A stretch of DNA of 64,000 bases from Paludibacteraceae bacterium (GCA_017479885.1 JAFVBR010000022.1:34555-98554), one strand, 5' to 3'. Positions 45,169 through 55,620 are shown, counted from the first letter of the stretch. The notes: a model not told the origin generated them from the letters alone. Program-made: numbers and translations.

Positions 45169-46989
45169 ATGGACATCATTCATCTTCTTCCCGACAGTGT
45201 AGCCAACCAGATTGCTGCAGGCGAGGTTATTCAGCGCCCTGCTTCGTGTTTGAAAGAGTTGGTGGAGAACTCGCTTGATGCGGGTGCCAAACATGTGGAT
45301 ATCATTGTCACCGATGCAGGCAGAACACTGTTGCAGGTGGTTGACAACGGTATGGGCATGAGTCCCACCGATGCCCGTATGGCTTTCGAGCGTCATGCCA
45401 CTTCGAAGATATCGAAGGCAGCCGACCTCTTCAATCTTCACACCATGGGTTTCCGTGGCGAGGCCTTGCCTTCGGTAGCCGCGGTGGCACAGGTTGAGGT
45501 GCTTACCCGCCGCAGGGACGACGAGGTTGGCACCCTGCTCCGTATAGAAGGTTCGCGAGTGGTAGAGCAGAATGAGGCACAATGTCCTGCAGGTACCAAC
45601 TTCAAGGTAAAGAATCTGTTTTTCAATACTCCCGCCCGACGCCGTTTTCTGAAGACCAACAGCACTGAATTGCGCAATATAATAAACGAGTTTTACCGCA
45701 TAGTGCTTGTCAACCCCGATGTTCATTTCACTTTTACGAGTGACGGAGAGTTGCTGTTCGACCTGCCCGCTTCTTCTCTCAAGCAGCGTATAGACAACGT
45801 GTTCGGCAAGTCTTCGCGTAAGAGTTTTGCCTCGCAACTGGTTGACGTAAAGGCAGAGACAGCTGTTGTCTCCATTTATGGTTATATAGGCACGCCCGAG
45901 TCTGCCACCAAGCAACCGCAGCAATACTTCTTCGTCAACGGGCGCTACATGCGTCATCCGTATTTTCACAAGGCAGTGCTCACTTCGTTTGCCGGTATGC
46001 TGGCACCTGAGCAGCAACCCCACTATTTCATCTATTTATCGCTCAATCCGGAACTTATCGATGTCAATATTCATCCTACGAAGACTGAAATCAAGTTTGC
46101 CGACGAGCAGATGATATGGCAGATTCTGCTGGCGGCGCTTCGCGAGAGTCTTGGGAAGTTCAACATCACTCCATCTCTTGATTTCGACCGCGAAGGAGAC
46201 CTTGACATCCCATCGTCTGTAAACATCAATCCTGACAATGTGCATGCGCCGGAAGTGAGAGTGAACCAGCAATACAACCCCTTCAATGTTAACCATACAA
46301 GCAATCCTGCAGGTTGGGAGAAACTCTATCAACCTGTTGCACACAGCATAGTCAGTGCGGCTTCCGACACTCTGCCTGAGACCGACCTGCCGACAGTGTC
46401 GGAACAGGCTCTTTTCCCTGCTGACATATCACTTGCACAACCATCGCAATACAAAGAGCGTTATATACTTCTGCCTTCTGCCGACGGATTGCTTTTCCTC
46501 GACCAGCACCGTGCTCATGCCGCCGTGCTCTATCGCCAGTTGCGCGAGCAGATAAGCAGCAAGAAGGGTGTGATGCAGCAGGTGCTTTTCCCCGAGGTGC
46601 TTGACCTTAGCGCCGAGGACTCGGCTCTGCTGCTGCAGATGAAAGACGAATTGAGAAGTGCCGGCTTTGAGATAACACAGATTGCCCGCAACTCGTTCTC
46701 TGTTGACGGAGTGCCTGCCGAGTTGGGCAATAGCAACCCGCTTCGCGTTTTGCTCGACATACTGCATGCTGTGTCGGAGACGGGCGTAACTACTCGTGAG
46801 CAGTGGGAGCACCGTATCGCTCTTGCTCTCTCCGAGGCCGCGGCTATTCCTGCCGGCAAGACGCTGCAAGAAGACGAGATGCGCGACCTTGTGGAGCGCT
46901 TCGCTGCACTGCAGGATACAAGCTATTCGGCTGAGGGCAAGCGTATTTACGCCCTGCTCAGCGACAGCGAAATAAAGAAGATGTTTTGA
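45169..46989 (+). CDS. mutL: DNA mismatch repair protein MutL
   Basis: IHLLPDSVANQIAAGEVIQRPAS, LVENSLDAGA, DNGMGM, GFRGEAL. Confidence 0.95.
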   Translation: MDIIHLLPDSVANQIAAGEVIQRPASCLKELVENSLDAGAKHVDIIVTDAGRTLLQVVDNGMGMSPTDARMAFERHATSKISKAADLFNLHTMGFRGEALPSVAAVAQVEVLTRRRDDEVGTLLRIEGSRVVEQNEAQCPAGTNFKVKNLFFNTPARRRFLKTNSTELRNIINEFYRIVLVNPDVHFTFTSDGELLFDLPASSLKQRIDNVFGKSSRKSFASQLVDVKAETAVVSIYGYIGTPESATKQPQQYFFVNGRYMRHPYFHKAVLTSFAGMLAPEQQPHYFIYLSLNPELIDVNIHPTKTEIKFADEQMIWQILLAALRESLGKFNITPSLDFDREGDLDIPSSVNINPDNVHAPEVRVNQQYNPFNVNHTSNPAGWEKLYQPVAHSIVSAASDTLPETDLPTVSEQALFPADISLAQPSQYKERYILLPSADGLLFLDQHRAHAAVLYRQLREQISSKKGVMQQVLFPEVLDLSAEDSALLLQMKDELRSAGFEITQIARNSFSVDGVPAELGNSNPLRVLLDILHAVSETGVTTREQWEHRIALALSEAAAIPAGKTLQEDEMRDLVERFAALQDTSYSAEGKRIYALLSDSEIKKMF

Positions 46990-47013
46990 TTAGTAATTTT
47001 TGTTTTTTTGTCT

Positions 47014-47829
47014 ATGAAAAAAATGTTTTTCTTCGCTTTGATTGTTTTGGCAAGTTGCAGCCGTTCGCCCGTGCAACTCACCATTCTGCATACCAACGAC
47101 ACTCACTCGCAGATAGAGCCTCGCGAGGGCGACAACCGCGGAGGCTATGCCCGGCGTATGAGTGTGATTGCCGAAGAGCGCCTTGCCGACCCTGACCTCA
47201 TACTGCTTGATGCAGGCGACTTCTGGCAGGGCACTCCGTATTTCAATTTTTTTCGCGGCGAGGTGGAGATAGAGGCTATGAACCGTATGCACTACGATGC
47301 TGCTACCCTTGGCAATCATGAGTTTGACAATGGTGTGAGTGCTCTTGCAGAGCAACTGCGTAAGGCTGAGTTTGCGATAGTATGTGCCAACTACCGCGTA
47401 GAGAACACTCCGCTTGACGGGATAGTGAAACCATACATCATTCTTCGCCGCAAAGGGCTGAAGATAGGTATTATAGGTCTCGGAGTCAACCCTGCATCGC
47501 TGGTTGCGGCCGACAATTTTGCACCTCTTGTATGGGAGCATCCTTTTCCTGTAGCCGACAGTCTTGCCTGCATGCTGAAGAGCAGAGAGCGTTGCGACCT
47601 TGTGGTCTGCCTGTCGCATCTGGGCACAACGGTCAGCCACGGAGATACCGACAGCATCTGCGATGTGACCCTTGCCCGCCAGTCTGCCGACATAGACGTA
47701 ATAGTGGGCGGACATACCCACAGGGTGGAGAATCTGACTGTGAAGAATCGTCTGGGGAAAGAGGTGCTTGTGGTTCAAACGGGCAAAAGCGGCATGAATC
47801 TGGGCAAGATCACAATACAAACAGAGTGA
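47014..47829 (+). CDS. metallophosphoesterase, 5'-nucleotidase N-terminal-domain type
   Basis: Lipobox LASC. HTNDTHS, GDFWQGTP, GNHEFD motifs. No C-terminal nucleotidase domain in this ORF. Confidence 0.75.
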   Translation: MKKMFFFALIVLASCSRSPVQLTILHTNDTHSQIEPREGDNRGGYARRMSVIAEERLADPDLILLDAGDFWQGTPYFNFFRGEVEIEAMNRMHYDAATLGNHEFDNGVSALAEQLRKAEFAIVCANYRVENTPLDGIVKPYIILRRKGLKIGIIGLGVNPASLVAADNFAPLVWEHPFPVADSLACMLKSRERCDLVVCLSHLGTTVSHGDTDSICDVTLARQSADIDVIVGGHTHRVENLTVKNRLGKEVLVVQTGKSGMNLGKITIQTE

Positions 47830-47999
47830 GAAACGACTTGCCTATATATACCATAAATATTGCGCTTTGGCACTTTCTTTCACTAAAATTTGCATATTTG
47901 AAAACAAAGTAGTAATTTTGCCGCGTTTTTGCGCAATATGCCATTTAATGGATATGCAACATGAATTTGAAAAAGTTTAACCTATAATAATTAAAGCTT

Positions 48000-48239
48000 A
48001 TGTCTGAAATTGAAAACAAAGTTAAGGCCATCATCGTGGAGAAACTTGGTGTTGAAGAATCAAAGGTTACCATGGACGCTAATTTCCAGAACGACCTCAA
48101 TGCTGACTCGTTGGATACAGTTGAACTCATCATGGAGTTTGAGAAGGAATTCGGAATCAGTATTCCTGATGAAGACACTGAGAAGATTTCTACAGTTGGT
48201 GATGCAGTGAAGTATGTAGAAGAGGCAACTCAAGCATAA
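48000..48239 (+). CDS. acpP: acyl carrier protein
   Basis: 79 aa. [17 protein letters not shown] (phosphopantetheine Ser). Confidence 0.95.
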   Translation: MSEIENKVKAIIVEKLGVEESKVTMDANFQNDLNADSLDTVELIMEFEKEFGISIPDEDTEKISTVGDAVKYVEEATQA

Positions 48240-48260
48240 TCTCTTATCTTTTTGGCAATA

Positions 48261-48318
48261 GGTTGTAGCGCGAGTACGCCGCCTTCTCGGAGTACGCTGC
48301 TGCAACCTTTGTTTTTTT
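48261..48318 (+). terminator. hairpin plus T-run between acpP and fabF (partial terminator)
   Basis: GGTTGTAGCG.../...CGCTGCTGCAACC stem followed by TTTGTTTTTTT. Confidence 0.55.
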
Positions 48319-48344
48319 AAGTTCAGCATAGTTTTTATATAATC

Positions 48345-49598
48345 ATGGAATTAAAACGTGTAGTGGTTACGGGCTTAGGTGCTGTCACTCCCCTCGGCAA
48401 CGATGTGCCCTCCACTTGGGATGCCATGCTCCGCGGTGTAAGCGGGTCGGCGCCAATCACTCATTTCGATGCCTCACTGTTCAAAACCAAGTTCGCGTGC
48501 GAACTGAAGAATTTCGACGCCGAGCAACTTCTTGAGAAGAAAGAGGCCCGCAAACTCGACCCCTTTGTGCACTATGCACTTTTTGCAGCACAAGAGGCTA
48601 TGGACGACTCCGCTCTCAATCTGAATGCCGAGGACAAAGACCGAATGGGATGTATATGGGCAAGCGGTATGGGCGGATTGCGCTCCTTCCAGGAGTGTGT
48701 CGAAGAGTTTATGAGCGGCGACGGAACACCACGTTTCAACCCGTTCATCATTCCCAAGATAATAACCGACATAGCTGCCGGACATATCTCTATCCGTTTC
48801 GGTTTGCGCGGACCAAACTATGCAACCACATCCGCTTGTGCTTCGTCATCGCATGCTATAGCCGATGCTTTCAACCTTATCCGTTTGGGTAAGGCTGACG
48901 TGATGGTGACTGGCGGCAGCGAAGCGGCAGTAGAATATACCGGCGTGGGAGGCTTCAATGCCATGCATGCCCTTTCCACACGCAACGAATCGCCTGAGAC
49001 CGCATCCCGGCCGTTCTCCAAGAGCAGGGACGGATTCGTGCTCGGAGAAGGTGCTGCCGCACTCGTGCTCGAAGAATACGAGCATGCAGTTGCCAGAGGT
49101 GCCAAGATTTATGCCGAACTGTCAGGCGCAGGACTCAATGCTGACGCTTATCACATGACCGCACCCGACCCTGACGGCAACGGGGCTGCACTGGTGATGC
49201 AACTGGCTATCGAAGATGCCGGACTGCAACCCGCCGATATCGACTATATAAATGCTCATGGTACGTCTACGCCTCTTGGTGATATTGCCGAGATAAAAGG
49301 TATAATAGCCGTGTTTGCAGAGCATGCCAGGCAGATGAACATCAGTTCAACCAAGTCGATGACAGGTCACCTGCTCGGAGCCACAGGTGCTCTGGAGGCT
49401 ATTGCTACGGTGCTCGCAGTAAATAACGATATAGTGCCGCCTACCATCAACCATGCTGATGACGACGTGGACGAGCAGATACCCGAGTGGCTCAATCTCA
49501 CATTCAACCGTGCCCAGAAACGTACGGTCAACTTTGCTATCTCCAACACTTTCGGTTTCGGAGGGCATAACGCTTGTCTGGTATTCAGCAAAATCTGA
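48345..49598 (+). CDS. fabF: beta-ketoacyl-ACP synthase II
   Basis: 417 aa. Active-site Cys in ATTSACASS, HGTSTPLGD, GHLLGATG. Confidence 0.95.
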   Translation: MELKRVVVTGLGAVTPLGNDVPSTWDAMLRGVSGSAPITHFDASLFKTKFACELKNFDAEQLLEKKEARKLDPFVHYALFAAQEAMDDSALNLNAEDKDRMGCIWASGMGGLRSFQECVEEFMSGDGTPRFNPFIIPKIITDIAAGHISIRFGLRGPNYATTSACASSSHAIADAFNLIRLGKADVMVTGGSEAAVEYTGVGGFNAMHALSTRNESPETASRPFSKSRDGFVLGEGAAALVLEEYEHAVARGAKIYAELSGAGLNADAYHMTAPDPDGNGAALVMQLAIEDAGLQPADIDYINAHGTSTPLGDIAEIKGIIAVFAEHARQMNISSTKSMTGHLLGATGALEAIATVLAVNNDIVPPTINHADDDVDEQIPEWLNLTFNRAQKRTVNFAISNTFGFGGHNACLVFSKI

Positions 49599-50353
49599 GA
49601 GGTTTGATACTGAGTTTTCTCAATAAGATTTTTCACAAAAAAAAGTTCTCCGCACGTCAGGGAGAACTTTATTCTTATGTCTGCTCGCTTGTAGAGGTTA
49701 CTCCCCGCGATTTTGCTCTCTATGAGCAGGCTCTGACCCACCGTTCTGTATCCGGCAGGAGCAACGAGCGTCTGGAGTATCTTGGCGACGCCATGCTGGG
49801 TATGGTTGTTGCCGACTGCCTCTACCACCTGTTTCCGGGCGAAGGCGAGGGCTTTCTCACCCGTGCCCGCTCCAATGCCGTTTGCAGGCATAACCTCAAC
49901 CGAGTGGCAAAACAGATAGGCATCAACCGACATCTGCATACGGGTGCTCCGCTGAAGAAGAACACTGAGAACATCTATGGCAATGCGCTTGAAGCGTTGG
50001 TAGGAGCAGTCTATCTGGATGCCGGCTATGAGGCGGCTACCGCCTTTGTGCGCAAAGTGCTCGTAGGGAAAGACGGCGCATACCTCAGGCAACTGTCGGA
50101 GCACGAGACCGACTTCAAGTCCAGACTGCTGGAGTATGCAAGGGCGCACAATCTCAATGCGGAGTTCAGCCTGATTGACGAGCAATACGATGCGCATACC
50201 GACCGCCACACTTTTCTTTACGGAGTGAGTATCGACGGCAACGAAGTGGCACGTGCAACGGGCTCTACCAAGGCGCATGCACAGCAGGCGGCTTCGCGAA
50301 AGGCGCTGAAGAGTATGGCGGGGCTTCGCCCCGGTTTAACGTCCGTTGACTGA
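49574..50353 (+). CDS. rnc: ribonuclease III (start codon uncertain)
   Basis: ERLEYLGDAMLG signature and a C-terminal dsRBD. The only upstream in-frame starts are non-ATG (TTG at 49574 or later). Confidence 0.85.
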   Translation: MSGIQQNLRGLILSFLNKIFHKKKFSARQGELYSYVCSLVEVTPRDFALYEQALTHRSVSGRSNERLEYLGDAMLGMVVADCLYHLFPGEGEGFLTRARSNAVCRHNLNRVAKQIGINRHLHTGAPLKKNTENIYGNALEALVGAVYLDAGYEAATAFVRKVLVGKDGAYLRQLSEHETDFKSRLLEYARAHNLNAEFSLIDEQYDAHTDRHTFLYGVSIDGNEVARATGSTKAHAQQAASRKALKSMAGLRPGLTSVD

Positions 50354-50401
50354 TGGACTCTTTAATACATTCAGAGACGGCAGCATTAAAAATTAAGACT
50401 A

Positions 50402-51019
50402 ATGGATTTCGTAGTTCACTATGGCAGCCACCTTGAGGTAAAGGGCAACGGCGTCATTACGCTTGAAGATATAGAAAACCATAAGTATCTCGAGCGCGAC
50501 TGGCCGCGCATCTACTTCTCCGATGGCATAACCGCTATAGGAGAATGAGTGGTGGACGTATTCCCGAGGTTGAAATGCATTGGTCTGCCGCCAGGTCTGA
50601 CCGACATCGGTCTGACGAGCGGCTTGCTTGCTTTCCTACAGACCAACCGGCCTTGTGTAAAGGGTTGGCGTGGCACTTTCTCCGAGCGCTTTGCACGCAA
50701 TTTCTCCCTCCCTTTCAGGCATGCAGACATAGAGATAGGGTGGCGGCGAGTGGAAGAGCCTTACCCCTCGAATACTTGTCTCACTCTCCGTTTTGACGAT
50801 AGTGACGACCGTCCTTATCTCGAATTCAACGAGTTCTCTTCGGGCTCGTCGGCAGGCAACAACGGTGGCGGAGTATATTGCAAAGACCTGCCTGCGGATT
50901 TTCTGAAGACCGAAACATTACTCTCGTTTGCAGAGCGCCTGCCGAGCTACAAGCAAATCATTCTCAAAAACGAACTCCTTCGCCTGCTCTTTCAAGGGGA
51001 GAAGTCTTCACGTTGCTGA
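50402..51019 (+). pseudogene. hypothetical ORF interrupted by one in-frame TGA (50546-50548)
   Basis: ATG at 50402 and the GTG ORF at 50549 are in the same frame: ...ITAIGE[TGA]VVDVFPRLKCIGLPPGLTDIG. The IGE-W context suggests TGG changed to TGA. Confidence 0.5.
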
Positions 51020-51114
51020 TTCTGACCGCCAGGGGTGTTGGTCACCCTTACGGCACAAAAAAATGCGGGAGCCGAGGCTTCCGCACTTATAAAGCATTGT
51101 CAAAAAACTGCTTG

Positions 51115-51312
51115 TTAGATCAGACTGACAGTGGTTTCTTTCTCGTTTACGTCGAATGCTATTTTGCCTTCGCGGGCAAGCCATCCAAGTGCGAGGTTAA
51201 GGTCTGCTACTTTCAGTTTGGTTGCTTTTTTCAGTGCTTCAGTTGTGAGGTCACCGCCTTGCAGTGCGTTCCAGACGAGTCCGGCATTCTCACCGATTTT
51301 TGCTGTTAACAT
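51115..51312 (-). CDS. small winged-helix protein (DUF2582-like)
   Basis: 65 aa. AGLVWNAL...LNLALGWLAREGKI pattern. Confidence 0.5.
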   Translation of the reverse strand: MLTAKIGENAGLVWNALQGGDLTTEALKKATKLKVADLNLALGWLAREGKIAFDVNEKETTVSLI

Positions 51313-51528
51313 AATAATACCTTATATTAAGTTGATTAAAATTGTGTTTGCGGTTTCATTCCGCTTCTGTAATCGGCCGCAAAATTACAAAAAAGATTTA
51401 ATACCGCCAAATTTATTGACATTTTGTCAGAAAATTGTCATTATCTTTCGCAAAAAATGTTTTGCCCATACTATAAAAAATGATTACCTTTGCACAGACA
51501 ATACAGACTACTGAAAAAGCACATTATT

Positions 51529-54132
51529 ATGGATACTTATCGTTTCAGGAAACATATTCATCGTCTGCCGGGGAAAGTAATTCATGCTGTTCCTCTGCCT
51601 GACCCGCAGGTAACCGAAGGTAACGGAGCCCGTCGCAGGGTGGGCGATATATGTATCAGCAGCGGCTTCAAGCAGGCGTTGCTGGTTACCGACCGCACGC
51701 TCAGAGCTATGGGCTACGAGCAGGCTGTTGCAGACTCGTTGAGTGCAGCGGGAGTGGGTTATTCAGTGTTCAGTGACATCAACTCCGAGCCGAATACAGA
51801 TATCATAGAGGCAGGCCGACAGCAGGCGTTGGAGCACAAAGCCGACTGCATAATAGCCCTTGGAGGCGGGTCGGTGATGGATAGTTGCAAGATGATTGCC
51901 GCCAGTGTGCGTATGCCCCATCTGCCCGTCAATGCGTTGCTGCTGAAGTTCCTGCCCGTGCCGGGAACCACGTTGCCGCTCATCATGATTCCTTCCACCG
52001 CAGGCACAGGTGCCGAGACCACTGTGGGTGCAGTCATCTCCAATGAGCACGGGGTGAAGAGTTCTACCGTATTGATAGGACTGAACGTGAGTCACGTGGT
52101 GCTCGATAGCGAACTGACCGTCCATGCACCCGAGCAGGTGACAGCCGCCTGCGGCATAGATGCTCTCAGTCACTGCATAGAAGGGGCTGTGAGCGATACA
52201 GATGTTGACGATGAGGACATGCATATGTCGATGGAGGGAATACGTCTTATACTGGAGAACCTGCCCGTAGTGATGAGTGAACCTGAGAACACTGAGGCAC
52301 GCCTTGCTCTCTGCAGAGCGGCTATGTATGGCGGAAATGCCATCAACACCCAGCTTGCCGGCTACGTTCATGCTTTCGCCCACAGCATAGGCGCTCTCTA
52401 TCACCTGCCCCACGGCAAGGCTATCTCTATCATGCTGATGCCCGTGCTGGAGTTTCAGAAAGACGTATGCCAGGATAAATACAAAGCCCTTGCCGATTAC
52501 TGCGGAGTGCCGGATTTCCTTCAGGCGGTGCGCCACTTGATGGCTGAATGCGGCATGGACAGGATTGAGTCGCCTGTACGCGCCTGCGACCATGAGACTC
52601 TTATTCCGATGATTGCTGCCGACTCAATCAACTATTCGGCACCCGTCACGCTCAACAATAACGATATACGCCAACTTCTAAAACAAGTTACTATGGACAC
52701 ACCCAAAACCGACATCACCTACACCGAGACCTCCGTCCGCGAGATTGTGGAGGCGCAACGCCGTTTTTTCCGTACAGGCACAACGCTGCCCGTTGGTTGG
52801 CGCAAACGCCAACTACGCCGCCTAAAGGCTGCTGTCCTGGCGCACGAGAAAGAGTTTGAAGAGGCTCTTGCAGCCGACCTCGGCAGGAGTGCCGTGGAGG
52901 CTTATCTGTGCGATATAGGTCCTATAGTGGTAGAAATAAACGAGATGTTGGCAGGTCTCAGTCGTTGGGCACGACCGGAAAGGCATTTCAGCGGACTGAT
53001 GTGTTTCCCGAGCATAATGACCAAAGTGTACAAGATGCCCTACGGTGTCTCGCTCGTTATCAGTCCTTTCAATTTTCCGATACTGCTCACTATCGGTGTA
53101 GTGGCAGCAGCAATGGCAGGCGGCAACACGGTGGTAGTCAAGTCCAGTAGCAAATCGTCCGCATCAACGGCTGCCCTCAAGCGCTTCTTTGCCGAGGTGT
53201 TCCCGCCCGAGTATGTAACGCTTATCGATGGTGGTCATGATGTGGCGGATATGTGCCTGGCACAGCGTTTCGACAAGATTTTCTACACAGGTTCGCCCTC
53301 GGTGGGCAAGCATGTACTCGCCGAGGCTGCCAAGAATCTCACTCCCGTGGCGCTCGAACTGGGAGGTGAGACGGGTAACTGGTGCGTTGTCCGCAAAGAT
53401 GCCGACCTGAAGGATGCCGCACGCAAGATTGCCTTCTTCAAACTGACCAATGCCGGACAGATTTGCATCAACATCAACCAGATAGCGGTTGCCAAGGAGG
53501 TGGCTGAACCTTTCCTCGACGAACTGCAACGTGCTTTCGTCAGTCAGATAGGCGAACATGCCGAGCAGAACTCCGAGTACCCGCGACTGATCACAGCTGC
53601 GGCATACGACAAGTGTGCGCGGCTGGCTGACGAGTACCGCAAGCGCATAGTCTTTGGCGGCAAGGGTAATCCCGACACGCTCAAATATGCTCCCACAGTC
53701 ATCTATCCCGTAGGCATCGACGAGCATATAGTGCAGCACGAGTTGTTCTGCCCTCTGCTGCCTGTAGTGCCTTTCAACGATGATGAGGCGGATGCGCTGA
53801 TGGAGACTATCGCCGACCGTGAGCACCCGCTGGCTATGTATCTCTTCACGAAGAATATCCGCTGGGCTAACCGCGTGATGCAGACCCAGCAGTTCGGCGG
53901 AGGCTGCATCAACGAGGTGTGCATACACATGATGGTTAAAGGTGTGCCGTTCAATGGCACTGGTCATTCGGGCATGGGCGCTTACCATGGTGAGTGGGGG
54001 TTCCGCGAGTTCACTCATCCACAGACTGTGCTTCGAGGCAGCCGTTGGTTCAACCTCCCGCTGCGCGAACATCCATATACAGGCGATGCCGGCAGAAAGA
54101 AGATGTGGCTGCTAAGGTTGTTTGAGAGATAG
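51529..54132 (+). CDS. fusion protein: N-terminal iron-containing alcohol dehydrogenase plus C-terminal class-3-like aldehyde dehydrogenase
   Basis: N-half: GGGSVMDSCK and HAFAHSIGALYHLPHG. C-half: ISPFNFP, FYTGSPSVGK, ELGGETG, NAGQICIN. Single uninterrupted frame. -7 box TACCTTTG at 51485-51492. Confidence 0.8.
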   Translation: MDTYRFRKHIHRLPGKVIHAVPLPDPQVTEGNGARRRVGDICISSGFKQALLVTDRTLRAMGYEQAVADSLSAAGVGYSVFSDINSEPNTDIIEAGRQQALEHKADCIIALGGGSVMDSCKMIAASVRMPHLPVNALLLKFLPVPGTTLPLIMIPSTAGTGAETTVGAVISNEHGVKSSTVLIGLNVSHVVLDSELTVHAPEQVTAACGIDALSHCIEGAVSDTDVDDEDMHMSMEGIRLILENLPVVMSEPENTEARLALCRAAMYGGNAINTQLAGYVHAFAHSIGALYHLPHGKAISIMLMPVLEFQKDVCQDKYKALADYCGVPDFLQAVRHLMAECGMDRIESPVRACDHETLIPMIAADSINYSAPVTLNNNDIRQLLKQVTMDTPKTDITYTETSVREIVEAQRRFFRTGTTLPVGWRKRQLRRLKAAVLAHEKEFEEALAADLGRSAVEAYLCDIGPIVVEINEMLAGLSRWARPERHFSGLMCFPSIMTKVYKMPYGVSLVISPFNFPILLTIGVVAAAMAGGNTVVVKSSSKSSASTAALKRFFAEVFPPEYVTLIDGGHDVADMCLAQRFDKIFYTGSPSVGKHVLAEAAKNLTPVALELGGETGNWCVVRKDADLKDAARKIAFFKLTNAGQICININQIAVAKEVAEPFLDELQRAFVSQIGEHAEQNSEYPRLITAAAYDKCARLADEYRKRIVFGGKGNPDTLKYAPTVIYPVGIDEHIVQHELFCPLLPVVPFNDDEADALMETIADREHPLAMYLFTKNIRWANRVMQTQQFGGGCINEVCIHMMVKGVPFNGTGHSGMGAYHGEWGFREFTHPQTVLRGSRWFNLPLREHPYTGDAGRKKMWLLRLFER

Positions 54133-54258
54133 CCGAGCAGGACATGATTTGCGCGAATATGTTTTTTTTTGTAACTTTGCAGCATTATTGCGAGCAATAA
54201 AAATTAATCAATAATATTTAATATACCTTCCGTTATACGAAGGCGCAAAGAATCAATT

Positions 54259-55620
54259 ATGGTACATGATTTGTATATTCTGATGATCACGGCAGGCGTA
54301 GTAAGTCTGCTTTTCAAGTTGCTTAAGCAACCGGTGGTGCTGGGCTATATTGTAGCCGGCATATTGGTAGGTCCTCACCTGTTCGGCGAGAAGTTTGTTG
54401 ATATGGAGAATGTGGAGACGTGGGGCAACATCGGCGTGTTGTTCGTGTTGTTCTGCATCGGTCTCGAGTTCCGTATGAAGAACCTGTTTGAGAGTGGCAA
54501 GGTGGCGCTCATAGGAGCGGCCACCATAGTTGTCGGTATGATGCTTCTGGGTTACGGGGTAGGTCGTTTGGCTGAGTTGGACTCTATGAACTCGCTCTTT
54601 CTGGCTGCTATGCTCTGTATGTCGAGCACCACTATCGTGATGAAGGCCGTTGACGAGGCAGGTTTGGGCAAAGCGCGTTTTGTGAAGGGTGCTACCAGTA
54701 TCCTTATCTTCGAAGATATAGTGGCAGTGGTGCTGATGGTGCTGCTGTCAAGTATTGCTGTCAAGAACAGTTTCGAAGGAGTGGAACTGCTGAAGAAAGT
54801 GGGAGTGCTCGCCCTGACTCTGGCCGTTTGGTTTATTGTCGGTATTCTCATTATCCCCACGTTGTTCCGCTGGGTGCGCAAGTATCTCAACGACGAGATT
54901 CTTATTGTCCTCTCCCTCGGCTTGTGCCTTGGTATGGTGCTGACCGCCGAAGAAGCAGGATTCAGCAGTGCTCTCGGTGCTTTTGTTATGGGTATGATTC
55001 TTGCCGAGACCAAAGAGTCGCACCGCATTGAGCACCTGATGGCTCCGCTCAAGAATGTGTTTGCGGCTATATTCTTCGTGTCGGTAGGTATGATGATCAA
55101 CCCCTCGTCGCTGGCTGAATACTGGCCTTCCATACTGATTGTTGCCGTTGTTGTCATCGTTGGTATGATAGTGTTCGGCACATTGGGTTGCTGGTGGGGA
55201 GGCGAGACGCTGAAAGACGCCATGCAGACTGGTTTTGCTTTTGTGCAGATAGGCGAGTTCTCGTTCATCATTGCTGCCCTTGGAAGCAAACTGAATGTGA
55301 CTGACCCTGCTATTTATCCTATCATCGTGGCAGCCAGTGTGCTGACCACTTTCCTCACGCCGTATATTATGAAGGCAGCCGTGCCCTGCTACGATTTTCT
55401 TTACAAGCACGCTTCTCCGCGTCTGCGCGACAAGATAGACCGCCGCGAGCAGCATGTGGCACAAGCAGAGCAGGCAGAGTTGGCTGTCACGGATGATGGC
55501 TCACCAACGCGTGCCGACAAGGTGCGTCATGCAGTACGCCGCACGGTGGTGACGAAACGTCTGGTCAACCTCTTCTTCAAGAACATGAGCGAGAACGACC
55601 AGCCTGCCAACGACAAATAA
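54259..55620 (+). CDS. cation:proton antiporter (CPA2/Kef-type membrane domain)
   Basis: 453 aa, about 12 TM. N-terminal LLFKLLKQPVVLGYIVAGILVGP. Confidence 0.75.
   Translation: MVHDLYILMITAGVVSLLFKLLKQPVVLGYIVAGILVGPHLFGEKFVDMENVETWGNIGVLFVLFCIGLEFRMKNLFESGKVALIGAATIVVGMMLLGYGVGRLAELDSMNSLFLAAMLCMSSTTIVMKAVDEAGLGKARFVKGATSILIFEDIVAVVLMVLLSSIAVKNSFEGVELLKKVGVLALTLAVWFIVGILIIPTLFRWVRKYLNDEILIVLSLGLCLGMVLTAEEAGFSSALGAFVMGMILAETKESHRIEHLMAPLKNVFAAIFFVSVGMMINPSSLAEYWPSILIVAVVVIVGMIVFGTLGCWWGGETLKDAMQTGFAFVQIGEFSFIIAALGSKLNVTDPAIYPIIVAASVLTTFLTPYIMKAAVPCYDFLYKHASPRLRDKIDRREQHVAQAEQAELAVTDDGSPTRADKVRHAVRRTVVTKRLVNLFFKNMSENDQPANDK

Noticed and set aside
50546-50548. Genome-wide TGA reassignment (TGA read as Trp or Gly) as the explanation for the in-frame TGA
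   Set aside because: TGA clearly functions as a stop in this window, including several ATGA start/stop overlaps (21955-58, 24004-07, 38296-99, 57728-31) and the ends of well-conserved genes.
51416-51433. 14-nt word CATTTTGTCAGAAA shared between 30731-30744 and 51420-51433 as evidence for a common regulator
   Set aside because: An exact 14-mer match between two AT-rich spacers is expected by chance in a 64 kb window counted on both strands (order of ten random matches). Only the local palindromes themselves are reported.
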